32,000 bases of DNA from Inmirania thermothiophila (GTDB lineage: Bacteria > Pseudomonadota > Gammaproteobacteria > DSM-100275): assembly GCF_003751635.1 (NCBI RefSeq), contig NZ_RJVI01000001.1, positions 504,726 to 536,725 on the forward strand. The letters run 5' to 3'. Under the pieces are notes generated by a model. That model saw only the letters and a list, made by a program, of their open reading frames with translations. It was not told the origin of the DNA and did not search any database. Each line of letters opens with the position of its first letter. Within the stretch, counting starts at the first letter, position 1. The translations under genes were made by a program, and so were the position numbers. This document shows positions 16,724 through 26,100 of the stretch, one piece after another.

Positions 16724-17871
16724 CGCGGCCCGCGCGGGCGCACGGCGACGCCGTCGCCGAGCCCCTCCTGGCCGGGCCGGTGGACGATGCGCTCGCCCTC
16801 GCGCAGACCCTCCAGCACCTCCACCCAGGCCCAGTTGCCGAGGCCGATGCGCACCTCGCGCGCGCGCAGGACGCCCGCGGCCTCGTCGAAGACCAGCACC
16901 CGTCGCCCCTCGAGCACCGCCTCGGCGGGGATGCGCAGCACCCCTTCGCGGCGGGCGCGCACGATCTCCACGTCGGCGCTGTAGCCGGGCAGCAGCCCCG
17001 TCCGGTCCTCCAGCGCCACCTCCACCTCCACCGTGCGGGCCTGCCGTTCGCGGTCGAGGACGTAGGGGGCGATGCGACGCACGCGCCCCGGGATGGTCCG
17101 TCCCGGGAAGGCGTCGAGGGTCACCCGCACCGGCATGTCCAGGGCGACCCCGGCCGCATCCACCTCGTCGATGGGGGCGCTGACGTAGAGGTCGCCGTCG
17201 TCGATGAGGTCCACCGCCGGCGGGGTCGGCACCCCCGGCGGCGACGGGGTGACGTACTCGCCGAGCGCGGCGTTGATCTCGGCCACGACACCGGCGAAGG
17301 GGGCGCGCAGCCGGGTCCGCTCGAGCTCGGCCTCGGCCACCGCGATGCGCGCCTCGGCGACGCGGGCGCCGGCCTCGGCGGCGCGGCAGGCGGCCTCGGC
17401 GGCACGGGCCTCGCCCGCGGCCCGTTCCGCCACCTCCTCGGCGACGAGCCCCTGCGCGTGCAGGCGCAGCTGGCGGTCGGCCTCGCGGCGGGCGGTGGCG
17501 GCGCGGCTGCAGGCCTCCTCGGCGCGGGCGCGGGCGGCCTCGGCCTCGCGGCGGGCGAGGGCGAGGCGGGCGGCGAGATCGTCGTTGCGCAGCTCGAGGA
17601 GCAGCGCGCCGGCCGCCACCCGCTCGCCCTCGCGCACGAGGAGCCGCGCCACCTGCCCGCCCACGGGCGGGGCGAGGCGCGCGCGGCGCACCGCCTCCAC
17701 GGTGCCGGCGCGGGTGTTGGCCACCGTCGCCTCCACCACGCCGCGGCCGACGCGCACCAGCTCCACCGCGGGCGGCACCGGCCGCGCCTGCCACCACAGC
17801 GCCGCCGCCGCCCCGGCGAGGAGCAGCAGCGCGAGGAGGCGGCGCGGGGCATGCGACCCGGTCCCTTCCAT
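16720..17871 (-). CDS. Efflux periplasmic adaptor (HlyD/MFP family), 383 aa
   Basis: An internal ATG at 17871 lies in ORF 16720..18726, with SD GAGGGAGAAG upstream. The protein has a signal-anchor, a lipoyl-like '[23 protein letters not shown]', an Ala/Arg coiled-coil hairpin and 'LRAPFAGVV'. Its stop overlaps the ATPase start (ATGA). Confidence 0.85.
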   Translation of the reverse strand: MEGTGSHAPRRLLALLLLAGAAAALWWQARPVPPAVELVRVGRGVVEATVANTRAGTVEAVRRARLAPPVGGQVARLLVREGERVAAGALLLELRNDDLAARLALARREAEAARARAEEACSRAATARREADRQLRLHAQGLVAEEVAERAAGEARAAEAACRAAEAGARVAEARIAVAEAELERTRLRAPFAGVVAEINAALGEYVTPSPPGVPTPPAVDLIDDGDLYVSAPIDEVDAAGVALDMPVRVTLDAFPGRTIPGRVRRIAPYVLDRERQARTVEVEVALEDRTGLLPGYSADVEIVRARREGVLRIPAEAVLEGRRVLVFDEAAGVLRAREVRIGLGNWAWVEVLEGLREGERIVHRPGQEGLGDGVAVRPRGPR

Positions 17872-17899
17872 GCGGGCTTCTCCCTCGTCGGACCGGGGC

Positions 17900-17905
17900 A
17901 TGATA
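17900..17905 (-). promoter_or_regulatory. Candidate -10 hexamer TATCAT for the adaptor-ATPase-permease operon
   Basis: The minus strand reads ggcTATCATgccccggtccgacGAGGGAGaagcccgcATG. Confidence 0.3.
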
Positions 17906-17964
17906 GCCTGCCGTCCGCGCGCTACCATCACGGCCTCGCCAGGGCCTCGTCGCGGAGGGCAGCC

Positions 17965-18489
17965 ATGAGCGGACAGGACCGCGCCTTCGTTCCCGTGCGC
18001 ATCGCCGTGCTCACGGTCTCGGACACCCGCACCGAGGAGACCGACACCTCCGGCCGCACCCTCGTGGAGCGGCTGCAGGCGGCGGGCCACCTCCTCGCCG
18101 AGCGGCGCATCGTCCCGGACGACATCTACCGCATCCGCGCCGTGGTGGCGGCCTGGATCGCCGACCCGGAGGTGGACGCGGTGATCACCACCGGCGGCAC
18201 TGGGGTCACCGGCCGCGACGGCACGCCGGAGGCGGTGGCGCCGCTGCTGGACAAGACCCTGGAGGGCTTCGGCGAGCTCTTCCGCGCCGTCTCCCTGCAG
18301 GAGATCGGCACCGCCGCGCTGCAGTCGCGCTGCCTCGCCGGGGTCGCCAACGGCACCTGGGTCTTCTGCCTGCCGGGCTCGTCCGGGGCCTGCCGCACCG
18401 CCTGGGACCGCATCCTGCGCGAGCAGCTCGACGCGCGCACGCGGCCGTGCAACTTCGTCGAGCTGATGCCGCGGCTGCGCGAGCGGTAA
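17965..18489 (+). CDS. moaB: Molybdenum cofactor biosynthesis protein B, 174 aa
   Basis: An internal ATG at 17965 lies in ORF 16780..18489, with SD GGAGGG upstream. '[10 protein letters not shown]', '[18 protein letters not shown]' and 'LPGSSGAC' are MoaB/MogA-fold motifs. Confidence 0.85.
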   Translation: MSGQDRAFVPVRIAVLTVSDTRTEETDTSGRTLVERLQAAGHLLAERRIVPDDIYRIRAVVAAWIADPEVDAVITTGGTGVTGRDGTPEAVAPLLDKTLEGFGELFRAVSLQEIGTAALQSRCLAGVANGTWVFCLPGSSGACRTAWDRILREQLDARTRPCNFVELMPRLRER

Positions 18490-18544
18490 GACCCGGGGCG
18501 CGCGGGCGGTCTTCCTCGGGAGACCCCTGCCGGGAGGCGCGTCC

Positions 18545-19666
18545 ATGCGCCGGATCCTCTGCACCCTGCTGCTGCCGCTGCTCGCCGCCGCGGCGCCGCC
18601 TGCTGGCGCCCTCGAGGCCGATCCCGCCCTCATCGCCGCCTGGCCGCGCACCGACTTCGCGCGCCGCCGCATCGACCTCGGCGAGATCCTGCCGGGCGGG
18701 CCGCCCAAGGACGGGATCCCGGCCATCGACCGGCCGCGCTTCGAGGCCGTGGCCGAGGCCGCCTCCTGGCTCGAGCGCGAGGAGCCGGTGATCGCCCTCG
18801 TGATCGGGGGCGAGGCGCGGGCCTATCCGCTGCAGGTCCTCATCTGGCACGAGATCGTCAACGACACCGTCGCCGGCGTCCCCGTGGCGGTGACCTTCTG
18901 CCCCCTGTGCAACGCCTCCATCGTCTTCGACCGCCGCGTCGGGGGGGAGGTGCTGGACTTCGGCACCACGGGGCTGCTGCGGCGCAGCGACCTGGTCATG
19001 TACGACCGCCAGAGCGAGAGCTGGTGGCAGCAGCTCACCGGCGAGGCCATCGTGGGCCGCTACACCGGCGCCGTGCTGCGCCAGCTCCCGTCCGCCGTGG
19101 TGGCCTTCGCCGACTTCGCCGCCGCCCACCCCCGGGGGCGGGTGCTGTCGCGGCGCACCGGCTTCCGCCGCCCCTACGGCCGCAACCCCTACCGCGGCTA
19201 CGACCGCATCGGCAACCAGCCGTTCCTGCTGCGCGACCCGGCCGATCCGCGCCTGCCGGCGATGGAGCGGGTGCTCGCGGTCAGCCTCGGCGGCGTGCAC
19301 CGCCTCTACCCGGAGCGGGTCCTGCGCGAGCGGGCCGTGATCGAGGACGAGGTGGGCGGCGAGCCGGTGGTGATCTTCGCCGGGCGCAGCGCGCGCTCGG
19401 CCCTCGACGCCGAGGCGATCGCCCGCGCCCGGGCGGTGCCGGTGGCGGCGGCGTATTCCGCCCGCCTCGGCGGGCGGCGGCTGCACTTCGAGGCCGTCGG
19501 CCCCGGGCGCTACCGCGACCGCGAGACCACAAGCCTCTGGGACCTCTTCGGCCGCGCCGTCGCAGGGCCGCTGGCGGGACGGCGCCTTGCGCCGGCGCCG
19601 GGCGGCGTGCACTTCGCCTTCGCCTGGCTCGCCTTCTACCCCGAGAGCGAGATCTACGGCCGCTGA
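18545..19666 (+). CDS. DUF3179 domain-containing secreted protein, 373 aa
   Basis: It has a signal peptide ('[15 protein letters not shown]') and the DUF3179 hallmark '[36 protein letters not shown]'. Confidence 0.8.
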   Translation: MRRILCTLLLPLLAAAAPPAGALEADPALIAAWPRTDFARRRIDLGEILPGGPPKDGIPAIDRPRFEAVAEAASWLEREEPVIALVIGGEARAYPLQVLIWHEIVNDTVAGVPVAVTFCPLCNASIVFDRRVGGEVLDFGTTGLLRRSDLVMYDRQSESWWQQLTGEAIVGRYTGAVLRQLPSAVVAFADFAAAHPRGRVLSRRTGFRRPYGRNPYRGYDRIGNQPFLLRDPADPRLPAMERVLAVSLGGVHRLYPERVLRERAVIEDEVGGEPVVIFAGRSARSALDAEAIARARAVPVAAAYSARLGGRRLHFEAVGPGRYRDRETTSLWDLFGRAVAGPLAGRRLAPAPGGVHFAFAWLAFYPESEIYGR

Positions 19667-19688
19667 GGGGCGCCGCGGCCCGGGGCTG

Positions 19689-19697
19689 TGGCAGAAT
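19689..19697 (+). promoter_or_regulatory. Extended -10-like element TGgCAGAAT upstream of the SDR-like gene
   Basis: The plus strand reads ctgTGgCAGAATggcc, 37 nt before ATG 19734. GGGGGAGG (SD) lies in between. Confidence 0.3.
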
Positions 19698-19733
19698 GGC
19701 CCGGCCAGGGCAGAGGCAACCGGGGGAGGCGCG

Positions 19734-20534
19734 ATGAGGCGGTTTCTCGTCATCGGGGCGACGGGCGTGGCCGGGGGGGCCGCGATCCGCGCGGTGCGGC
19801 GGTTCTTCGGCGAGGAGGCCGAGGTCACGGGGGTCTGGTACGGCCGGCCGGGCAGCGTCGAGGCGGTGGAGGGCGTCGACCGGCTGGTCTTCGGCGACGC
19901 CGCCGAGCCGCAGACCCTGGAGGCGGTGGCCCGCGAGGCCGGCGAGCGCTTCGACTGGTGCTTCTTCGCCACCGCGATGGGCGAGGTGGGGTTCCCGATC
20001 CGGGAGGCGACCCCGGAGCAGATCGCGCAGTCCAACCGGCTCTCCTTCGATCCGCTGCCGCGCATCGAGCAGCGCTTCGAGGTGGGCACCCTGGTCGCCT
20101 ACTCGACCTTCTTCACCCTGCGCCACCAGCGCATCACCTACGGCGCCATGGGCCACTCCAAGCACGCCATCGAGCAGTGGGCGGTCCAGCCCGGGCGGAG
20201 CCGTCACCTGGTGATCCGCGCCGGCGCCTTCCGCTCGGCCTCGAGCCAGGCCATCAAGCTGCTGGTGCGGCGCCGCGCAAGGCAGCTCGCGCAGGCGGAG
20301 GATCCGCTGCTGCGCAGCTACTTCGAGGGGACGAGCCCGGCCGAGGCGGTGGAGCGGCTGGAGCGGGCGGTGCTCGAGGAGGAGCGGGCCACCTACGGCG
20401 ACACCGGCACCGACGCCGCCGCCCTCGAGGCGGCGCACGTGCACCTCTTCAACGGCGTGCACGGACCTTTCGTCAACGTCTGCGGCCGCCGCATCTGGGA
20501 GAGCGCCGAGCCGCAGCCCCTGCCCACGGAGTGA
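19734..20534 (+). CDS. Rossmann-fold NAD(P)-binding oxidoreductase, FabI-like (Tyr-x6-Lys), function unknown, 266 aa
   Basis: An internal ATG at 19734 lies in ORF 19587..20534. It has the N-terminal 'VIGATGVAGGA' dinucleotide-binding motif. 'YGAMGHSKHAIE' aligns with the enoyl-ACP reductase FabI motif 'YNVMGLAKASLE' (Y-x6-K). The rest of the protein is divergent. Confidence 0.5.
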   Translation: MRRFLVIGATGVAGGAAIRAVRRFFGEEAEVTGVWYGRPGSVEAVEGVDRLVFGDAAEPQTLEAVAREAGERFDWCFFATAMGEVGFPIREATPEQIAQSNRLSFDPLPRIEQRFEVGTLVAYSTFFTLRHQRITYGAMGHSKHAIEQWAVQPGRSRHLVIRAGAFRSASSQAIKLLVRRRARQLAQAEDPLLRSYFEGTSPAEAVERLERAVLEEERATYGDTGTDAAALEAAHVHLFNGVHGPFVNVCGRRIWESAEPQPLPTE

Positions 20535-20542
20535 GGGCGGCG

Positions 20543-21004
20543 GTGCTCTCGCGCCTGCGGCGCATCTTCGTCCCGGAGGAGGCCGCGGCCGAGGGGCTCG
20601 ATGCCGAGCGGCGGCTGCGTCTTGCCGCCGCCGTGCTGCTTGCCGAGACGGCGCGGGCCGACCTCGACATCGCCGAGGCGGAGCGGCGGGCGCTCGCCGC
20701 CCTGGTGGCACGCACCTTCGGGCTCGACGCCGGCGAGGCCGCGGCCCTGGTGGAGGAGGCCGTGGCCGCGGCGGAGAGTGCGGTCTCGCTCTACGAGCAC
20801 ACCGCCCTGGTGAACGCGCACTGGAGCCCGCAGGAGCGGGCGCGCCTGATCGGCCTCATGTGGCGGGTGGCCTACGCCGACGGGCGCATCGACCGCTACG
20901 AGGAGCACATCATCCGCCGCGTCGCCGAGCTGCTGCACGTGCCCCACGCGGCCTTCATCCAGGCCAAGCTGGAGGCAGCGGGGGAGGGGCCCGCAGGCGG
21001 CTGA
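20543..21004 (+). CDS. TerB-family (tellurite resistance TerB-like) protein, ~153 aa
   Basis: The C-terminal part of ORF 19688..21004, 'RLIGLMWRVAYADGRIDRYEEHIIRRVAELLHV', is typical of the TerB fold. I chose the GTG 20543 start (MLSRLRRIF, with GAGGG 5 nt upstream). An alternative GTG at 20531 overlaps the upstream stop. Confidence 0.7.
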   Translation: MLSRLRRIFVPEEAAAEGLDAERRLRLAAAVLLAETARADLDIAEAERRALAALVARTFGLDAGEAAALVEEAVAAAESAVSLYEHTALVNAHWSPQERARLIGLMWRVAYADGRIDRYEEHIIRRVAELLHVPHAAFIQAKLEAAGEGPAGG

Positions 21005-21030
21005 GGGCGGCGGCTCCGCGGCCGCCGCCC
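21005..21030 (+). terminator. GC hairpin terminator between convergent terB-like and HU-like genes
   Basis: gggcggcggc-tccgcg-gccgccgccc forms a perfect 10-bp stem. On the plus strand it is followed by a moderately T-rich cggctcacTTCTTTg. Confidence 0.5.
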
Positions 21031-21034
21031 CGGC

Positions 21035-21472
21035 TCACTTCTTTGCGAGCGCGTCCTTCAGCGCCTTGAGGGCGGTGAGGCGGATCACGTTCTGGGCCGG
21101 CCTCGCGGGGATCTGGATCGGCTCGCCGGTGCGCGGGTTGCGCCCCGTGCGCGCCTTGGTCGCCGGCCGGCGCACGCGGCGGATGCGCACGCCCGTCTCG
21201 GGGATGGTGAACTCGCCCGAGCCGCGCGGCTTCATGTGGCGGTGGATGAGGCTGGCCAGGCTCTCGAACACGGCGCCCACCTGCGCGCGGGTCAGGCCCG
21301 TCTCCTCGGCGATGGCCGCGATCACCTGGGCCTTGGTCTGCTTCTCGGCGATGGCGCCGGTGGCGGGCTTGCGGGGGGCGGCCTTCGCGGCGGCGGCTCG
21401 GGTCCGGCGGAGCGCAGGGGTCTTCTTCGTGCTCGCGGCGCTGCGGGTGGTCGTCTTCTTCTTCGCGGCCAT
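21035..21472 (-). CDS. HU/IHF-family DNA-binding protein with ~40-aa Lys/Ala/Thr/Arg-rich N-terminal tail, 145 aa
   Basis: An internal ATG at 21472 lies in ORF 21035..21556. The HU core is 'LTRAQVGAVFESLASLI...GEFTIPETG...ARTGRNPRTGEPIQIPA'. The N-terminal tail is 'MAAKKKTTTRSAASTKKTPALRRTRAAAAKAAPRKP'. Confidence 0.85.
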   Translation of the reverse strand: MAAKKKTTTRSAASTKKTPALRRTRAAAAKAAPRKPATGAIAEKQTKAQVIAAIAEETGLTRAQVGAVFESLASLIHRHMKPRGSGEFTIPETGVRIRRVRRPATKARTGRNPRTGEPIQIPARPAQNVIRLTALKALKDALAKK

Positions 21473-21546
21473 GGGCTGCTCCCTTGGTGGTGTCGTGGGC
21501 TCTGCACGGAGCCTGCTGCGATGCGGCTCACGTTTTTTTGGCGCTA

Positions 21547-21573
21547 AACATAGCACATTGCAGGGCGGGTCAA
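21547..21573 (-). promoter_or_regulatory. Sigma70-type promoter for the HU-like gene: -35 TTGACC (21568..21573), 15-nt spacer, extended -10 TGcTATGTT (21547..21555)
   Basis: The minus strand reads gTTGACCcgccctgcaatgTGcTATGTTtagcgccaaaaaaacg. The -35 overlaps the ggt stop codon. This is the AT-richest short stretch in the window. Confidence 0.5.
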
Positions 21574-23120
21574 CGGCGTCTGCGCGCGCGCACGATGCGG
21601 CCCACGCCGCCGCGGCGGGGATCGCCGTGGGCGGCGAGGCGGCCGCGGTCGCAAAGGACCGCGTGCACTCCGCCGAAGAAGAGGTTGCGCTCGGCCCACA
21701 GGCGCAGCGCCCCGGCGCCCTCGAGGGCCGCCACGGCCTCCGGGTCGTAGCCCGCCTCGAGGTCGATGCGGCCGCCCTCGCAGTGCATGCGCGGGGCGTC
21801 CACGGCCGCCGCGAGGGACATCCGATGGTCGACCAGGTTGACCGCGAACTGCAGAAGCGCCGAGCGGATCCGGTTCGAGCCGCCGGAGCCGAAGGCGACG
21901 ACGGTCCCGTCTCGGGCGAGCAGGCTCGGCGCCATCATCGAGCCCATGCGCCGGTCGGTGGGCCAGCGGTGGAAGCCGCCGGGGTTGAGATCCTCCTCGC
22001 CCAGCATGTTGTTGAGCATGATCCCGGTGCCCGGCACCACGTGGCCGCAGCCCTCGCCGTTGGTGACGGTGAGGGCGGCGAGGTTGCCCTCGGCGTCGGC
22101 GATGCTCACGTGGGTGGTGCCCCGCCGGGCCTGGGGTGCGGCGAGGGCGTCGGCGAGCAGGGCCTCGGCGTCGGCGCCGTGACGCCGCCGCCGGGCGTCG
22201 GCGGCGGCCAGCGCCGCCTGCAGACGCAGGGCCTCGGCGCGGCTGCCGAAGGGCGCGGGCGGGGTGCGCGCAAGATGCGCCAAGGCGCCGGCGACGAGGG
22301 CGCCGCCGCAGGATGGCGGCGGGTTGGTGTGGAGGCGGGCGTCGCGGTAGGCGAGCGTGAGGGGTGTGCGGCGCACGACGCGGTAGGCGGCGAGGTCCTC
22401 GGCCTGCAGATGGCCGCCGGCCTCGGCCGAGAGCGCGGCGATGCGGCGGGCGATCTCGCCGCGGTAGAACAGCCCCTCGCCCTCGCGCACCAGCGCCTCC
22501 AGGGTGTCGGCGAGCGCCGGCATGCGCAGCAGCTCGCCGCGGCGGGGAAGGCGCGGCGGCTGCGCCCGCGGATGGGCGAAGACCGCGCGCGCACCCGGCG
22601 TGGCCAGATAGATTACGCCGACGATGTCGAAGACGTAGGCCTGGAAGGCGTTCAGGCGCACGCCGCGGCGCGCCAGTGCGAGGGCGGGCTCGGCCAGCCT
22701 CGCCAGCGGCAGGCGCGCGAGATCGCGGTGGATGGCGAACAGCCCCGCCACCGTGCCCGGGGTGGCGGCGGCGCCGAGGCCGATGTGGAACTCCTGGGTG
22801 GTGGTGCCGAAGTCGGCGACGATGGGATGGAAGTCCACCTCGTGCGCGGGGCGCCGGCGCCGCGGGGTGTGGACGAAGAAGTCGTAGAGCACGGGCGGGC
22901 GGCGCGCCGGGGCGGCGAGAAGATAGCCGCCGCCGCCGAGGGAGGCGAGCACCGGTTCGGCCACGCAGGCGGCCAGGTGCGCCGCGATCGCGGCGTCGAA
23001 GGCGTTGCCGCCGGCGCGCAGCGCCTCGACGGCGGCCTCGGCTGTGGCCGGGTGGCCGGCGGCGACGGCACCCAGCGGCGGGCGGCGTGGCGGCATCGCG
23101 GGTGCGTCCCCCGGGGGCAT
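21570..23120 (-). CDS. ggt: Gamma-glutamyltransferase family protein (no obvious signal peptide), 516 aa
   Basis: 'RRGTTHVSIADAEGNLAALTVTNGEGCGHVVPGTGIMLNNMLGEEDLNP' contains the autoprocessing Thr and GGT motifs. An alternative start at ATG 23096 (M9) is possible. Confidence 0.85.
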   Translation of the reverse strand: MPPGDAPAMPPRRPPLGAVAAGHPATAEAAVEALRAGGNAFDAAIAAHLAACVAEPVLASLGGGGYLLAAPARRPPVLYDFFVHTPRRRRPAHEVDFHPIVADFGTTTQEFHIGLGAAATPGTVAGLFAIHRDLARLPLARLAEPALALARRGVRLNAFQAYVFDIVGVIYLATPGARAVFAHPRAQPPRLPRRGELLRMPALADTLEALVREGEGLFYRGEIARRIAALSAEAGGHLQAEDLAAYRVVRRTPLTLAYRDARLHTNPPPSCGGALVAGALAHLARTPPAPFGSRAEALRLQAALAAADARRRRHGADAEALLADALAAPQARRGTTHVSIADAEGNLAALTVTNGEGCGHVVPGTGIMLNNMLGEEDLNPGGFHRWPTDRRMGSMMAPSLLARDGTVVAFGSGGSNRIRSALLQFAVNLVDHRMSLAAAVDAPRMHCEGGRIDLEAGYDPEAVAALEGAGALRLWAERNLFFGGVHAVLCDRGRLAAHGDPRRGGVGRIVRARRRR

Positions 23121-23121
23121 G

Positions 23122-23147
23122 CCCTACAATCGGCCTCGATTGTAGGG
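23122..23147. promoter_or_regulatory. Perfect 11-4-11 palindrome CCCTACAATCG-gcct-CGATTGTAGGG; candidate operator and/or overlapping divergent -10 elements
   Basis: Read directly from the sequence. It occupies half of the 50-bp ggt / multidomain-gene divergent region. TACAAT occurs on the plus strand (23125..23130) and on the minus strand (23139..23144). Confidence 0.5.
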
Positions 23148-23170
23148 GACGGCGGCGGCGGGTGCGACGG

Positions 23171-26100
23171 ATGAGCGGCCGGGCGTCCCCTTCCCCCGGG
23201 AGCAGGAGCGTGGCCGGAGAGTCCCGGATCGACGAGCGGCTGCTGGGCGAGCTGGTGCCGGTGAACGGCCTTTCGGCGGGCAGCCGCCGCCAGCTCGCGG
23301 AGAAGGCCGAGCTCCTCGCGCTCGCCCCGGGCGACGTCCTCTTCCGCCGCGGCGAGCGCGACGGCCGCACCCTCTACCTCCTCGAGGGCGAGATCGAGCT
23401 CACCGACGGCCGCGGCGGCCGGGTGCAGGTGCGCGCGGGCACCGCCACCGCCCGCCACCCCCTCGCCCAGCATCAGCCGCGCCAGGTCACCGCCACCGCC
23501 CGCACGCCGGCGCGGGTGCTGGCGGTGGAGACGGCGCTGCTGGACATGCTCCTCACCTGGGATCAGTCGCCCGACCACCAGTACGAGGTGGAGGAGATCG
23601 CCGAGGACGACGGCGACTGGATGACGCGGATGCTGCAGAACCGCGTCTTCCTCAAGCTGCCGCCGGCCAACATCCAGCAGATCATCATGCGCATGGAGGA
23701 CGTGCGCGTGCGCGCCGGCGACGTGGTGGTCCGCCAGGGGGAGGAGGGCGACTACTACTACTACATCCGCAAGGGGCGGGCGGTGGTCCTGCGCAGGCCC
23801 TCGCCCGGCGCCCCCGAGGTGCGCCTGGCCGAGCTCGGCGAGGGCGACGGCTTCGGCGAGGAGGCGCTCGTCGCCGACGAGCGGCGCAACGCCACCGTGC
23901 GCATGCTCACCGACGGCCACCTCATGCGCCTGGCCAAGAAGGACTTCGTCCAGCTCATCCGCGATCCGCTGCAGAACGCGGTGGACTACTACAAGGGCGA
24001 GTCCATCGTCGCCTCCGGCGGGGCGTGGCTCGACGTGCGCCTGCCCGACGAGCACGCCAACGCCCACATCGCGGGCAGCATCAACATCCCCCTCCCGGCG
24101 CTGCGGCTGCAGCTCTCGAGGCTCCAGCGCGGGCGCCCGTACGTGATCTACTGCGACACCGGCCGCCGCAGTGCGGTGGCCGCCTTCATCCTCAGCGAGA
24201 AGGGCTACGAGGCCCATGTCCTCGCCGGCGGCCTCCAGGCCCTGCCACCGGAGGTGTTCCTGAGCAGCGCCCGTCCGCACGAGGAAGGGCCGGTGGTCAA
24301 GCCGCAGGCCGCGGCCGCGCCGCGGGCGGCGGACGAGGCGGCGGAGGCGTTGCGGCGGCGGGCCGAGGAGGAGGCCGGGCGGGTGCTCGCCGAGGCCCGG
24401 CGGGCGGCCGAGGAGGAGGCGCGCCGGCTCCTCGAGGAGGCGCGCCGGGCGATGGAGGAGGTGCGGGCCGAGCAGGCCCGCGCGAGGGCGGAGGCCGAGC
24501 GGCTCGCGCAGCTCAAGGAGACCCTCGAGGGGGAGCGGCGCGCCCTCGAGGAAGCGGCCGCCGCGCACACGGCCGCGCGCGACGCCGCGCTGACCGAGGC
24601 GCGGGCGGAGGCCGAGCGGCTGCGCCGGCGCCACGACGAGATGGAGGCCGCCTGGGTGGCCTCGCAGCAGGAGGTGGCCCGCCTCGAGGAGGAGCTGGCG
24701 CGGCTGCGGGAGGCGCGGGCGCAGGCCGCCTCCGACATGGACCGCGCGCGGCGCGAGGCGGACGAGGCGCGCCGCGGGCAGGAGGAGGCCGCGGCGGCGC
24801 TGCGCCGGCGCGCCGACGAGGCGGAGGCGGCGCGGCGCGAGCTCGAGGCGCTGCGGGAGCGGCTCGAGGCCGTCGAGGCCGAGCGCGAGCGTCTCGCGGC
24901 CGAGGCCGGGGAGCTTCGGTCGGCGACCGAGCTGGAGGAGGCGCTGCGGGAGGCGGAGGCCGCGCGCGCGCGGGCCGAGCAGCGCGCCGCCGAGCTGGAG
25001 CGCTCGCTCGACGAGCAGCAGGCCGAGGTGCGGCGGCTCGCCGCCGAGCTCGCCGCCGCCACCGACCGCATCCACGAGCTGGAGGTGGAGAAGGAGGAGC
25101 TCTGGCGGGCGCGCAAGGAGGCCGAGCAGGAGGTGGCGCAGGCCCGGCGTGAGGCGGTGGAGGTGATCCAGCGCGCCCACCAGGAGGCCGAGGCCCTCAA
25201 GCGCGAGCTCAAGGCCGCGCGCAGCGAGGCCGAGGAGGAGATCCGCCGCCGCCTGGAGGCGGAGACCAGCCGGCTGCAGGCGCAGCTGCGCTCGCAGGTC
25301 CGCGCCGCCGAGCGCCGAGGGGCCGCGGCGGCCCGCACACCCGGACGCCGCAGGGTGGCGGCGGCGCTGGCGGTGGCGGTGACGGCGGCGGTGGCGGCGG
25401 CGGTGGCGGCGGGTGCCCTGTGGGCCTGGCGCGCGGGGCTCGTGCGCCTGCCGGATGCGGCCGACGTGGCGGCACCGCCGGCGCCGCCGGCGGAGGAGCC
25501 GGGCCGCGCCGGCCCGCAGCCTGCGCCGGAGCCGCGGCCGGCGGCCCGGGCGGCGCCGGCCCCGCCGCGGAGCGCTCCGCCGGCCGAGGCGCGGGCACGC
25601 CCCGGCCGGCGTTTCCGCGACCCGCTGCGCAACGGCGGGCTCGGGCCCGAGATGGTGGAGATCCCCGGCGGCCGCTTCGTCATGGGCAGCGGCGAGGACG
25701 AGCCCTACCTCAACGAGCGCCCGGCGCACGAGGTGCGCCTGGCCGCCTTCGCCGTCGGCCGCACCGAGGTCACCTTCGAGGACTACGACCGCTTCGCCCA
25801 GGCCACGGGGCGGCCGCTGCCGGACGACGAGGGCTGGGGCCGCGGGCGTCAGCCCGTGATCAACGTCTCGTGGGAGGATGCCGCGGCCTATGCGGCGTGG
25901 CTCTCGCAGGAGACCGGCCACGTCTACCGCCTGCCCAGCGAGGCGCAGTGGGAGTATGCGGCCCGCGCCGGCACCGGCGGCATCTACTGGTGGGGCAGCT
26001 TCATCGGGGTCGGCAACGCCAACTGCTTCAACTGCGGCAATCCCTTCGACGGCGCCCGCCCGGTGGCGGTGGGAAGCTTCCCGGCCAACCCCTTCGGCCT

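Noticed and set aside
17872-17964. I considered a possible Moco riboswitch upstream of moaB.
   Set aside because: The intergenic region is only 93 bp and is shared with a divergent promoter. No conserved Moco-motif-like paired elements are recognisable, and it is too short for the ~130-nt element.
24323-25315. Highly repetitive GC-rich DNA in this stretch might be taken for a CRISPR array or tandem-repeat array.
   Set aside because: The repetition is at codon level (GAG, GCG, CGG/CGC encoding E/A/R heptads), with no fixed-length repeat-spacer periodicity. It is fully explained by the coiled-coil coding region.
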